A stretch of DNA of 53,624 nt from positions 1 to 53,624 of the IMG/VR virus record IMGVR_UViG_3300048597_000653. One strand, written 5' to 3'. Shown in pieces: positions 19,195-28,122 of the stretch (the stretch's first letter is position 1; each line of letters opens with the position of its first letter). The notes below the pieces were generated by a model that ran no database searches, was not told where the DNA came from, and was given only the letters and a program-made list of their open reading frames with translations. The translations under genes and the position numbers were made by a program. This stretch comes from a virus. Lineage: Duplodnaviria; Heunggongvirae; Uroviricota; Caudoviricetes.

Positions 19195-20685
19195 ATGGGA
19201 TCTGTACGAAGACGTAAAGCGGGATTCTTGACTTGTCCTGATGATGTTTTGCTGCGCTGGGGGCCACACGATGTCTTCACACTCGGCGATGCCTGGGAGG
19301 GCGTCTTTGTGGCCGGGGCCACCGGGAGCGGCAAGTCGTCCGCCTCCGGTGCGCACCTGACGCGGGCCTATCTGTCGGCTGGCATGGGAGGTGTCGTACT
19401 GACGGCCAAGAAAGGCGAGCGGCAGCTCTGGGAAGGGTATTGCAGAGCCACGGGTCGTAGCGGCGATCTGCGGGTCGTCTCGCCGGGTGGTCCTTATCGT
19501 TTCAACTTTCTCGACTACGAGCTCCGCCGCAAAGGAGAAGGAGCCGGGCTGACCGAGAACTTGGTGCACCTGTTTTCCGAGGTGCTGCAATTGGCCGAGC
19601 GAGGAAGCGGAGAAGGGGGCCGTAACGAGGAGGGGTACTGGCGCCGTGCTTGCCAGCAGTTGATGCGCAACGCGATCGACCTGGTGGTGTTGGCGACAGG
19701 ACGAATCACGATTGCGGAGGTTTATCAACTGGTCGTCTCAGCACCTACCAGCATGGAACAGATGCGCTCGGCGCCATGGCGTGAGAGCTCCTTCTGTTTC
19801 GCCTGCCTCCGCCAAGCGGATGAGAGTCCGAAGTCGGCTCGGCAGGCCCACGACTTCGAGATTGTGACGGACTACTTCCTGATCGAATGGCCGCAGCTTT
19901 CAGAAAAGACTCGTAGCGTCATTCTTTCGACCTTTACCAGCATGATCGATGTGATTCACCGCGGAGTGCTCTCGGAACTATTCTGCACGGACACGACGCT
20001 GACACCGGAGGCGACCGAACAAGGGGCGATCATCTTGATCGACCTGCCGGTCAAAGAATTCGGCCTGGTAGGACAATTCGCCCAGGTGCTCTGGAAATCC
20101 GCTTTCCAGCGCTCGATCGAGCGGCGTGACGTCCGGCAGAATCCCCGGAGCGTGTTCCTGTTTGCCGATGAGGCGCAGTATTTTCTGACTTCGCCCGGGG
20201 ATCACCAGTTCCAGACCACTTGCCGCGCCTCGCGCGTGGCAACCGTCCTCTTGACGCAAAGCATCGGCAATCTGCGCGCCGCGCTGGGAGGAAGCGGTCA
20301 GGGGGAGGCCGCCACCGATAGTCTCTTGGGCAACCTGAATACGAAGTGCCTGCATGCCAATGGCGATCCGGTCACCAACGAATGGGCCGCCTCCCTGATC
20401 GGCCGTAGCCGCCAATTCCTGGTCAATGCCTCGTCGCAGCAACAGCCCCAAGGCTTGCTCGCGCAATGGGCCGGACTGCGATCGTTCCCGTCCACCAGTG
20501 CGGGAATTAGCGAGCAAGTCGACTTCGAAGTGCAGCCCAAGCGATTCACGACGCTCCGGCGCGGCGGCGTGGCTAATCAGAGGCAGGTGGATGCGATCGT
20601 GTTCCAGGGTGGAAAACGCTTCCGAGCCAATGGCAAGACCTGGCTGCCTGTGACATTTCAGCAACAGAAAGGTGGAACCTCATGA
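19195..20685 (+). CDS. type IV coupling protein (VirD4/TraD-like ATPase), no N-terminal TM
   Basis: Walker A GATGSGKSS, PYRFNFL, Walker B FLFADEAQYF, VLLTQSIGNL. Confidence 0.85.
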   Translation: MGSVRRRKAGFLTCPDDVLLRWGPHDVFTLGDAWEGVFVAGATGSGKSSASGAHLTRAYLSAGMGGVVLTAKKGERQLWEGYCRATGRSGDLRVVSPGGPYRFNFLDYELRRKGEGAGLTENLVHLFSEVLQLAERGSGEGGRNEEGYWRRACQQLMRNAIDLVVLATGRITIAEVYQLVVSAPTSMEQMRSAPWRESSFCFACLRQADESPKSARQAHDFEIVTDYFLIEWPQLSEKTRSVILSTFTSMIDVIHRGVLSELFCTDTTLTPEATEQGAIILIDLPVKEFGLVGQFAQVLWKSAFQRSIERRDVRQNPRSVFLFADEAQYFLTSPGDHQFQTTCRASRVATVLLTQSIGNLRAALGGSGQGEAATDSLLGNLNTKCLHANGDPVTNEWAASLIGRSRQFLVNASSQQQPQGLLAQWAGLRSFPSTSAGISEQVDFEVQPKRFTTLRRGGVANQRQVDAIVFQGGKRFRANGKTWLPVTFQQQKGGTS

Positions 20686-21266
20686 ACGAACCAGACCGTC
20701 CGTTTGCGTTGCCCGATTTCGAGCAGTCGGCCAATCTAGCGATGCTATTGGCCCAAACCTGGTCCTTTTCGCTGGAAGTATTCCTGCGCTGCCGGTTCGG
20801 CTCTCGCTACATCGGCTTGCAGGGGCTGCTGGTACTCCCCCTGATCGTGGTCTTTTGCCTCTGGTGGCCGCCAGAGGAGTGCGGGCCGTTATTCCTGTTC
20901 TTGCTGGCTTACCTCGCACTGTGCTTTTGCCACCGGATGGCAACGCTGTGGCGCCGCCGGAATGGAGAAGCGAATCATTCACGTTATACGGGGGCTCCGC
21001 TGCTCTTGAAGCCCACCCGTCGTCTCACCGAGGAAACTATCAAGCAGTACGTCGAGCCGATCTTCGTGGCGGGCCTGGGATGCCTGCTGGGGCCCTCCAG
21101 CGCTCCGCTAGGCGCCTATCTGCTCGTCGGGGCCGCGATGATGTTCTTTACCGTCCGCCATTCAATCCACTGGACGGCCATGCGCACCAGGGACCTGCAC
21201 GACAACCTGATCGAACAACAATGCGTCGCGGCCGATTTTCGGTCGCGCATGGGGGATGACTTTTAA
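20682..21266 (+). CDS. multi-pass membrane protein
   Basis: ATGA overlap with the coupling protein; several hydrophobic segments. Confidence 0.8.
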   Translation: MNEPDRPFALPDFEQSANLAMLLAQTWSFSLEVFLRCRFGSRYIGLQGLLVLPLIVVFCLWWPPEECGPLFLFLLAYLALCFCHRMATLWRRRNGEANHSRYTGAPLLLKPTRRLTEETIKQYVEPIFVAGLGCLLGPSSAPLGAYLLVGAAMMFFTVRHSIHWTAMRTRDLHDNLIEQQCVAADFRSRMGDDF

Positions 21267-21280
21267 GCGAGGAACGCACG

Positions 21281-21571
21281 ATGAGCGACAAGCCCAAGAT
21301 GGGAGAAGGGCATGCCTCGGCCATGTGGAGGCAGGGCCTACGTGAATTGCGTAACGTTTTTTATCCCGAATCGAATGTCTCACAGCAACTGGAATATGGG
21401 CTCTACGGAACCAGGACGCCTGGTGAAGTAGCAGAGGCTCGCAATTCAGACACTCGCGATCTCGAAGATGAACGACGTGCGGAGTCGATTCTGGATCGCA
21501 AACTCAGAGAACTCGACCAACGCCATCAGGAGCCTGGCAAAGAGCGACCCGGACCGGAAATGGACCGTTAA
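21281..21571 (+). CDS. hypothetical protein
   Basis: GAGGA RBS; in operon. Confidence 0.7.
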   Translation: MSDKPKMGEGHASAMWRQGLRELRNVFYPESNVSQQLEYGLYGTRTPGEVAEARNSDTRDLEDERRAESILDRKLRELDQRHQEPGKERPGPEMDR

Positions 21572-21595
21572 TTAGGACCCCGGAGCAGGATCAAG

Positions 21596-21826
21596 ATGGA
21601 TATCCCCTTTTCCCCACCGTTTACAGACGTTTTCGAAGTCGGAACTCTGTTGATGACCGCTGATCAACTGGCCACGGCGCTCCAAATTTCCAAACGCTCC
21701 ATCTGGCGATTGTGCGATGAGCGAAAGATCCCCGAGCCCATCCGTCTGGGGGGCGCGGTTCGCTGGCGCGTCAAGGAGGTGGAGGCATGGTTGGCGAGCG
21801 GATGTCCGCGCCGTAGCGGCAACTAA
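21596..21826 (+). CDS. AlpA/excisionase-like HTH protein
   Basis: LMTADQLATALQISKRSIWRL...PEPIRLGGAVRWRVKEVEAWL. Confidence 0.9.
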   Translation: MDIPFSPPFTDVFEVGTLLMTADQLATALQISKRSIWRLCDERKIPEPIRLGGAVRWRVKEVEAWLASGCPRRSGN

Positions 21827-21851
21827 GTGTGGAAGCGGTCGAAAGGACGAC

Positions 21852-22052
21852 ATGGAAAGCCAGCGCGAGTTTCCGGCGGAGACAGGCGAGCTAGCGCTGC
21901 CGCCGGGAACTGCGCCTTGGATCACTCCCGAACTCGTCCGAAAAACACTTTTGGTTTGGCAACCCTATTACCAAGCTCCTCTATCCGTCGAGGATGCCGT
22001 TACAATGATCCAGAGCGTGGGTCGATTGTTTGGCGTATTACGACGGAGCTAA
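21852..22052 (+). CDS. small hypothetical protein upstream of recombinase
   Basis: GAAAGGA RBS; WITPELVRKTLLVWQPYY. Confidence 0.7.
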   Translation: MESQREFPAETGELALPPGTAPWITPELVRKTLLVWQPYYQAPLSVEDAVTMIQSVGRLFGVLRRS

Positions 22053-22055
22053 GCC

Positions 22056-23546
22056 ATGAAGCGATTCGTCGCCTTGGCCCGAGTCAGCAGCCGGGAACAA
22101 GAACGGGAAGGGTTTTCGCTCGACGTCCAAGAAGAGGCTTTGCGACGATACGCCACCCACGCCGGTGGCGAAATTGTCGAATTCTTCCGCATCGCTGAGA
22201 CGGCCAGCAAGAGCGATGAGCGCCGCACCTTCAAGTCGATGGTGGCGTATGCCAAACGCCACTGCCTGGAAATCGACGCGCTACTCTTCTACAAGATCGA
22301 TCGGGCGGCTCGAAATCTCTACGATTACGTCGAACTTGAACGGCTGGAATCGGAATACAATGTTCCGTTCATCTCGGTCTCGCAACCGACGGAGAACAAT
22401 CCGGCCGGCCGGATGATGCGCCGCACGCTGGCCAACATGGCCAGCTTCTATACGGAACAACAATCCGTGGACGTGCGGGAGGGCCTGGCCCGCCGCGTGC
22501 AAGAAGGGTGGTTTGTAGGGCACGCCCCCTACGGATATCGCAATGTGCGGCGAAACGGACGTAGCGTCGTCGAAATTGATTCCGTCCCCGCCGAAAATGT
22601 TCGCCGGTTCTTTCACCTCTATGCCTACGAAAACCTGACGCTGGATGGCGTTGTGGAAAAGATGGCGGAGGAGGGAAGGTGCTATCGAACGTCGTATCCC
22701 CGGTTTCTACGGGGCTCCTTGCATGCCATGCTGCGCGATCGGGCCTACATCGGAGAAATCGAATTCCGCGGCCAATGGTATCCGGGTAAGCAGGAACCGC
22801 TCATCGATCGAGGGACCTGGGACCGCGTGCAAGCATTGCTCGGGGGCCATGTCTATCAGGCCCACGAAATGACGTATGCCGGCGAATTGATGACCTGCGG
22901 TCATTGTGGCCATCCGATTACCGGCGAACGCAAAACTCGCCAAACCAAGCGAGGTCAGCGGAGCTACGTCTATTACCGCTGTGCGCGCTACAGCCAGGGA
23001 GATCACCCGCGCATCCGCGTCACGGAAGCGGAGCTCGATCTACAAATGCTGGCGTTATTCAAGCGGATGCGAATCGAGGACGACGGCGTCCGGGAATGGT
23101 TTCGCACGGTGCTCAACTCCCAGACCTTCGATGCCCAGCGAGAGTCACTGTCTCAGCACCATGAACTGACTCGGCAAGAAACCATGCTGATCGGTCAACA
23201 AGACCGGCTACTCAATCTTCGCCTGGCGGATCAAATCGACGACGATACCTTCGCCGCGAAGCAAACCGAAATCCGGGACCGGTTGGCTCGAATCCGGTTG
23301 CAACTGGATGTGCTGGACCGTTCGCATGACGAAACGGCCGAATTGGCACTGAAAGCGTTTGAACTTTCGCAAACCCTTGTCGAGAAGTGGCTTAACGCAG
23401 ACTATGCGACGAAACGCCGAATCCTTGAAATTGTCTGTTTGAACTGTTGCCTCAACGGCGCAACTCTTTGCCCGACAATAAGAAAGCCCTTCGACGTTTT
23501 GGCCGAAGGGCTCATTTCGAAAGATAGTCGGGGCGACAGGATTTGA
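22056..23546 (+). CDS. large serine recombinase (integrase)
   Basis: ARVSSREQ catalytic Ser, YKIDRAARN, APYGY recombinase domain, Zn ribbon CGHCG...YYRC, coiled coil. Confidence 0.95.
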   Translation: MKRFVALARVSSREQEREGFSLDVQEEALRRYATHAGGEIVEFFRIAETASKSDERRTFKSMVAYAKRHCLEIDALLFYKIDRAARNLYDYVELERLESEYNVPFISVSQPTENNPAGRMMRRTLANMASFYTEQQSVDVREGLARRVQEGWFVGHAPYGYRNVRRNGRSVVEIDSVPAENVRRFFHLYAYENLTLDGVVEKMAEEGRCYRTSYPRFLRGSLHAMLRDRAYIGEIEFRGQWYPGKQEPLIDRGTWDRVQALLGGHVYQAHEMTYAGELMTCGHCGHPITGERKTRQTKRGQRSYVYYRCARYSQGDHPRIRVTEAELDLQMLALFKRMRIEDDGVREWFRTVLNSQTFDAQRESLSQHHELTRQETMLIGQQDRLLNLRLADQIDDDTFAAKQTEIRDRLARIRLQLDVLDRSHDETAELALKAFELSQTLVEKWLNADYATKRRILEIVCLNCCLNGATLCPTIRKPFDVLAEGLISKDSRGDRI

Positions 23547-23571
23547 ACCTGCGACCTCTTGCACCCCAAGC
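23527..23571 (-). pseudogene. 3' fragment of tRNA-Pro(GGG) (att-site duplication)
   Basis: Minus strand GCTTGGGGTGCAAGAGGTCGCAGGTTCAAATCCTGTCGCCCCGAC = anticodon loop, T arm, acceptor 3' strand; no 5' acceptor strand or D arm upstream. Confidence 0.85.
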
Positions 23572-23686
23572 CAAGGGATTGCAAGGTTTTCTCGCGCGAG
23601 CTTTCGCCGCAACGTCTTATCTCGATCGGGCTTGTGCTCACTGTAATTGGGGTGACCGCCTCGGTCAACGGCGGTGTTCTACCGCC

Positions 23687-23744
23687 TTGTCCCGCCTGTT
23701 GGACGCACTTCCAGGGACAAATCAGGGACAAAGCTCTGTCCCTG
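23687..23744. repeat. candidate integrase arm-type sites
   Basis: CAGGGACAAA at 23712 and 23723, inverted TGTCCCTG at 23737 and TTGTCCC at 23687. Confidence 0.5.
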
Positions 23745-23817
23745 TGGCCATCGCCTAGTGTGATTTCCCCTAATTTGACAACTCCATGATTCGGACTAAT
23801 TTTGTCTTTGCTGGTCA

Positions 23818-24414
23818 ATGATGATGCAAGCGGATAAAGAACCAATGAACCGCACCGATGAAGACCTCGCACAAGCGTTCATGCACCGTGGCTGCCAGGA
23901 ATCAGGCGGCATTCTCTACGAACGATATCGCCCGGCACTAACCGACTTCCTGCGGCGATACGTGCGCGACCGGCACATCGCTGAAGACCTGGTCCAGGAC
24001 ACCTTCCTGCGGTTGCCGTCCGCCGGGCAACGCTACAACCCAGCCTTTTCTTTCAAGAACTGGGTCTTCAGTGTGGCAGCCAATCTGGCCAAAAACTGGC
24101 TCAAAGCGGCGAGAATCCGCCGCACAGTGTCGCTAGGCGAATCGTCCGACGAACACAGCCTCAACGACGTCATCGCGGACCTGACCGTCGCGGACCCTCA
24201 CACTCAGGCGGAAGAGCGAGAGGATGTGACGTTCATTCAAGGCTGCCTCGACGAGCTTCCGCCGGATGAATCGGCCGCCTTTAACCTGATTGTAGAAGGC
24301 CATCAGTACAACGAAGTCGCAGACTTGATCGGCGTCCCAGTCGGCACGCTGAAATCGCGAGTGAGCCGCACCGCCAAAACCATTCGTCGCGCTCGCGAGC
24401 GGATGATCGCCTAA
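23818..24414 (+). CDS. ECF-type RNA polymerase sigma factor
   Basis: AEDLVQDTFLRL, FKNWVFSVAANLAKN (region 2), YNEVADLIGVPVGTLKSRVSR (region 4). Confidence 0.92.
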   Translation: MMMQADKEPMNRTDEDLAQAFMHRGCQESGGILYERYRPALTDFLRRYVRDRHIAEDLVQDTFLRLPSAGQRYNPAFSFKNWVFSVAANLAKNWLKAARIRRTVSLGESSDEHSLNDVIADLTVADPHTQAEEREDVTFIQGCLDELPPDESAAFNLIVEGHQYNEVADLIGVPVGTLKSRVSRTAKTIRRARERMIA

Positions 24415-24421
24415 TTATTTC

Positions 24422-24449
24422 TTGCATTTCACCATCATTGACCTATGGT
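24422..24449 (+). promoter_or_regulatory. sigma70-like promoter with shared spacer core
   Basis: TTGCAT-N16-TATGGT containing CACCATCATTGAC. Confidence 0.55.
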
Positions 24450-24852
24450 TTCGATGCGGGACAAACAAACCACAACGCGAGAGGCAACAGTGAAGGTTCG
24501 ATTCTTCTACAACGTGATGGTCGAATATCAGTGCGGGCGAGATCGGAAGTTCTGGCACGGCTACTTTCTCGAACCGCCTACACCAGAGTCGGTGCAGGCC
24601 GCCATTGAACAGAAACATGGTCGAGAGCACGACGCTGCCGCCTTATGTGCCCGATTCGCCTACTTCAATGTGCCGGACTTGCATCAGGCTCTCTGCCGTA
24701 ACCGGCTTACTGACACCAATGGCTGCTGGCTAGCCAACGTCACGATTACCGCACGAGAAATCTTCTGCCAGCCGCCCAACGCAAAACACTGTCAGCGACC
24801 GTTCACTGTGAAAGGCTGCCTGACAGGTCGCATTACCAATGAGGCAGCATGA
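24445..24852 (+). CDS. hypothetical protein (start may be later)
   Basis: Stop overlaps next ATG. Confidence 0.6.
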   Translation: MVSMRDKQTTTREATVKVRFFYNVMVEYQCGRDRKFWHGYFLEPPTPESVQAAIEQKHGREHDAAALCARFAYFNVPDLHQALCRNRLTDTNGCWLANVTITAREIFCQPPNAKHCQRPFTVKGCLTGRITNEAA

Positions 24853-25208
24853 TCTCAGCAGGTTTGTACTACACCGTCATCGTGAATCGGAACAAGACCC
24901 GAGGGCTGCCTCTGACCTTCATCGACGCACCAACCAAAGAAGCAATTCAAGCAGCTTTGGAGATCGAAATTAAGGACTTGCAACGGTCCTACGAAGAGTC
25001 CGGCGATGAGACAGAGGATTGGGAGTACGACGATATTCGCGACTGCATCGAGGCTCGGCAACACGATCTCGAAGCTGTCCGACATATCAGCGAGTTGCAG
25101 CTTCCAACCGATGACGGCACGAAGACCAGCCGCGACCTGAAGATCGCCGGGGTAAAGATCGCCACTGTCGAAATCACCGCTAACCGCGTTTACAAGAAAG
25201 CCGCATGA
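24849..25208 (+). CDS. hypothetical protein
   Basis: ATGA-coupled on both sides. Confidence 0.75.
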   Translation: MISAGLYYTVIVNRNKTRGLPLTFIDAPTKEAIQAALEIEIKDLQRSYEESGDETEDWEYDDIRDCIEARQHDLEAVRHISELQLPTDDGTKTSRDLKIAGVKIATVEITANRVYKKAA

Positions 25209-25780
25209 AACTCCCACGTCCCTACGTCAGCATCGACATCGAGACCACCGGCCTGAATCCCGACACCTGTCAAGTGCTGGAGGTCGCGGCCGTGATCGAA
25301 GATTGGAAGTCTGACATCGACGCGCTCCCCGTCTTCCACCGCTTGATCGAGCACGATCAAATCGTGGGCGAACCTTTCGCCCTGGCATTGAACCACCGGA
25401 TTCTGGCCGAACTGGCAAAGCCGCCGGGTGAGTGTGAGACGCTGCGATGTGAACCGTGGGAAGTGCGAGGTCTGCTGGCCAGCTTCCTCGAAAGGTACAA
25501 GATCGATCCAGATGAAGCGATCCTGGCAGCGGGTAAGAACTTCAGCGGATTCGATCGGCCATTCCTCAACCGACTGCCGCACTTCGATCTCAAGTTCCAT
25601 CACCGGGTCATTGACCCCGGCATGGCGTACTGGAATCCCCTGATCGACGAAACGCCCCCTGACACCAAGACCTGCAAGGAACGTGCGGGAATCCAAGGCG
25701 AAGTCAGTCACCGCGCGGTGGATGATGCGCGAGACATCATCCGGATCATTCGGAGCAAGTTTCATTATGGCAATCACTGA
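25205..25780 (+). CDS. DEDDh 3'-5' exonuclease
   Basis: SIDIETTGL, GKNFSGFDRPFL, HRAVDDARD. Confidence 0.9.
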   Translation: MKLPRPYVSIDIETTGLNPDTCQVLEVAAVIEDWKSDIDALPVFHRLIEHDQIVGEPFALALNHRILAELAKPPGECETLRCEPWEVRGLLASFLERYKIDPDEAILAAGKNFSGFDRPFLNRLPHFDLKFHHRVIDPGMAYWNPLIDETPPDTKTCKERAGIQGEVSHRAVDDARDIIRIIRSKFHYGNH

Positions 25781-25973
25781 GATGACAGTCCAACACCGAA
25801 CGATCAAGCTCGAAGTCGGCGACCTACGGAAGCTCTTGGGAATCAATAATCGTGAGAGCGTACGAGTGTACGTGACCGACGTCTACGACAAGGATCACGA
25901 GCTTTCGTGCAATGGACACTCGATCTCCGTCGTCTGCGAGAAGATGATCCCAAACGACAAAGAGGGCGAATAA
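25767..25973 (+). CDS. hypothetical protein
   Basis: Likely ATG 25767 overlapping upstream gene. Confidence 0.6.
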   Translation: MAITEMTVQHRTIKLEVGDLRKLLGINNRESVRVYVTDVYDKDHELSCNGHSISVVCEKMIPNDKEGE

Positions 25974-25982
25974 GACCGCGAT

Positions 25983-26693
25983 ATGAACCGAGAATCACTG
26001 TTAGATACGATCCGACGATTGCTCGCTCTCAGCGAGTCACCGAACGAGCATGAAGCGGCGAGAGCCGCTGCCAAGGCCGCCGAGCTAATGTCGCAGCACA
26101 ACATCGAGTTGGCGCAGTTGGAGACGCCACCTGAGCACGACTGGTTCGAGGAAGATGCCGGTGAAGAGCGGCAACGAGTGACAGCCGAGCAGCCAATCAT
26201 CGCGAACATTCTAAAGGCTCACTTCTTCGTCGTTCCCATTTTCCTTCGGCGAGAGCGATCCTACGGCTCATGGGTCACGGTTCTCTCCCTATTCGGGGAA
26301 CGTCATAACGTCGCTGTGGCGAGATATGTGGGCAGCTATCTTCGCGACACGTTTCGCCGCTTGGCCAAGCAGGCTCGCATTCAGACCAAAGGCCGTCGGT
26401 CTTACTTCCTCGGTCTGGCTCAGACAGTTGGCGCCAAACTGGAGGCACAGCGTCAAAAGTCAGTCCAAGTCCCTGGTGGCGAAAGAGCGCTAGTTGTGCT
26501 CGAAGCCGATACCAAGAAGGCATTCGATGAGCGGTATCCGGACATTGAAAAGCTACAAAGTCGAGCATCGTTTGACGACGACAGCTTTATCCGTGGCCTC
26601 CGAGACGGAGAACAGATCAGCATCAATCCTGCCATCGGTCGAGGCGATAGAACACCGATCGGTGCGGCACAGCTTGTATTGCCATCACGCTGA
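25983..26693 (+). CDS. DUF2786-domain phage protein
   Basis: LLDTIRRLLALSESPNEHEAARAAAKAAELMSQHNI. Confidence 0.85.
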   Translation: MNRESLLDTIRRLLALSESPNEHEAARAAAKAAELMSQHNIELAQLETPPEHDWFEEDAGEERQRVTAEQPIIANILKAHFFVVPIFLRRERSYGSWVTVLSLFGERHNVAVARYVGSYLRDTFRRLAKQARIQTKGRRSYFLGLAQTVGAKLEAQRQKSVQVPGGERALVVLEADTKKAFDERYPDIEKLQSRASFDDDSFIRGLRDGEQISINPAIGRGDRTPIGAAQLVLPSR

Positions 26694-26699
26694 GAACAG

Positions 26700-26957
26700 A
26701 TGACCCAAGAACTCACGCAACCAACCTTGAACGTCGATTGGTCCAACGACCAGTTGTTCTTTACCCACGAATGGTGGGACGAGACCTCGATGTGGGACAG
26801 CGACCCATCGGTCCGCTACTGCTACGGCAGTGAGTGCTATGAACGTAAGTTGCGAGCACGAGTCCCGATCGCGTTCAAAAACTGCGACGAACTGATCGAT
26901 GCCTTCATCTGCTGGATGATTGACAACTATCCGGACATCGAAGGCTTTTGGGTCTAA
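26700..26957 (+). CDS. hypothetical protein
   Basis: In operon. Confidence 0.65.
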   Translation: MTQELTQPTLNVDWSNDQLFFTHEWWDETSMWDSDPSVRYCYGSECYERKLRARVPIAFKNCDELIDAFICWMIDNYPDIEGFWV

Positions 26958-26965
26958 GGACAACC

Positions 26966-27283
26966 ATGCAATTCAGGAACCCGACTAAAGAGCAGATTAA
27001 CATCTGCAACTCCAGAGAAGCGCGCTACCGGGAGAAGAAGGACGCAACAGGCAGATTGTTCTGCCAGGGCGACGTCTTCTTTTTACGGTATACGGATTTC
27101 AACACTTACCAGAGCCGTTGGTACTCCTTCCAACTTATCGATTTGAATGAGGGATCAGGGAAACATCGGGTCCGTTCAATGGACACAGGGCACTTGCTGA
27201 ATATAGGTAATGAAATCTTCATAGGCAGCATCATCATCGGCAATCTACCCCTCAACCAGTTCGAGTTCTGCAACGGCCTATGA
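26966..27283 (+). CDS. hypothetical protein
   Basis: AAGGA RBS then ATG (MQFRNP). Confidence 0.65.
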   Translation: MQFRNPTKEQINICNSREARYREKKDATGRLFCQGDVFFLRYTDFNTYQSRWYSFQLIDLNEGSGKHRVRSMDTGHLLNIGNEIFIGSIIIGNLPLNQFEFCNGL

Positions 27284-27474
27284 GCGACACCTTTGCAAAG
27301 GTCGAAGAGGTTCCCGCCGAGCGGCTCGCGAAGTGCCGCCAGATGCAGGACTTCTTGACCATTCGACGAATGCAGCCTCTTAAACCACTCACGACGGTTC
27401 ACTGGATACAGATGGCGGCTCGCATCGAGAGTCGTCCCTACCTTCCGCAGTCAGGAACAAATGAACCAAGCTGA
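27280..27474 (+). CDS. hypothetical protein
   Basis: ATGA overlap. Confidence 0.6.
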   Translation: MSDTFAKVEEVPAERLAKCRQMQDFLTIRRMQPLKPLTTVHWIQMAARIESRPYLPQSGTNEPS

Positions 27475-27832
27475 AGAACTTCTCGTCAAGGCGCTGCGAT
27501 CGGGCAAGTACCAGCAGGGTACAGGCGTTCTCAAACAACAATGTGGCGAGGACTTCTTGCTTTGCTGTCTGGGTGTTGCAAGCGAAGTTTACCAGGAAGT
27601 AGCCGGCGACCTGGAGGTGTTGACCGTTCAGATAGAAGGCAAGAAATGTGTTTGTTTTGATGACAGAATTGCAGTTCTTCCAGCAAAGGTCCAACAATGG
27701 CTGGGCTGGAAAAGCTGCGCTGGTAGCCTAGATAACGGTAGCTCTTTGACGGCATTTAACGACACCTTAACGCCGTTCAGTGAAATTGCTGACCTCATCG
27801 AGCAAGGCCGCGTGGAGAAGCTAGTTGCATGA
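27461..27832 (+). CDS. conserved phage hypothetical protein
   Basis: ALRSGKYQQGTGVL...CCLGV motif seen in many phage small proteins. Confidence 0.75.
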   Translation: MNQAEELLVKALRSGKYQQGTGVLKQQCGEDFLLCCLGVASEVYQEVAGDLEVLTVQIEGKKCVCFDDRIAVLPAKVQQWLGWKSCAGSLDNGSSLTAFNDTLTPFSEIADLIEQGRVEKLVA

Positions 27833-28122
27833 TCCAAGTATCTCTTCATCTCAAGGTCTCTAACGCGACTGATCGCGATAAGGGTGTCACGCTAGTGCGG
27901 GACACTCGGCTGGCGTGTGTGCCGCCGATCGATAGCACAATCGTCTTGCCTGATAGCAAGTCTTCTTACGTCGTCAGGGCATTGTCACTGACGGCGGGAT
28001 ACAACTCTGTCACCGTCGTGCTCGCACCGGACCACAGCAACTTCAAGACGAAGGATCGGCCTAAGCACTTCGATGAGAAGGTCGCAAAGTATCGGGCGAA
28101 CGACTGGGAGTTGCTGCGTTGA
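27829..28122 (+). CDS. hypothetical protein
   Basis: ATGA overlap. Confidence 0.65.
   Translation: MIQVSLHLKVSNATDRDKGVTLVRDTRLACVPPIDSTIVLPDSKSSYVVRALSLTAGYNSVTVVLAPDHSNFKTKDRPKHFDEKVAKYRANDWELLR

Larger units (their letters stand above)
2519..23546. mobile_element. integrative mobilizable element (MobF relaxase, coupling protein, serine integrase); left end not located
   Basis: Relaxase + T4CP + ArdC + AlpA + LSR ending at a tRNA; no VirB4/T4SS genes seen. Confidence 0.8.

Noticed and set aside
23527-23600. Intact tRNA-Pro gene
   Set aside because: No CGGGGCG 5' acceptor strand or D arm upstream; only the 3' 45 nt are present
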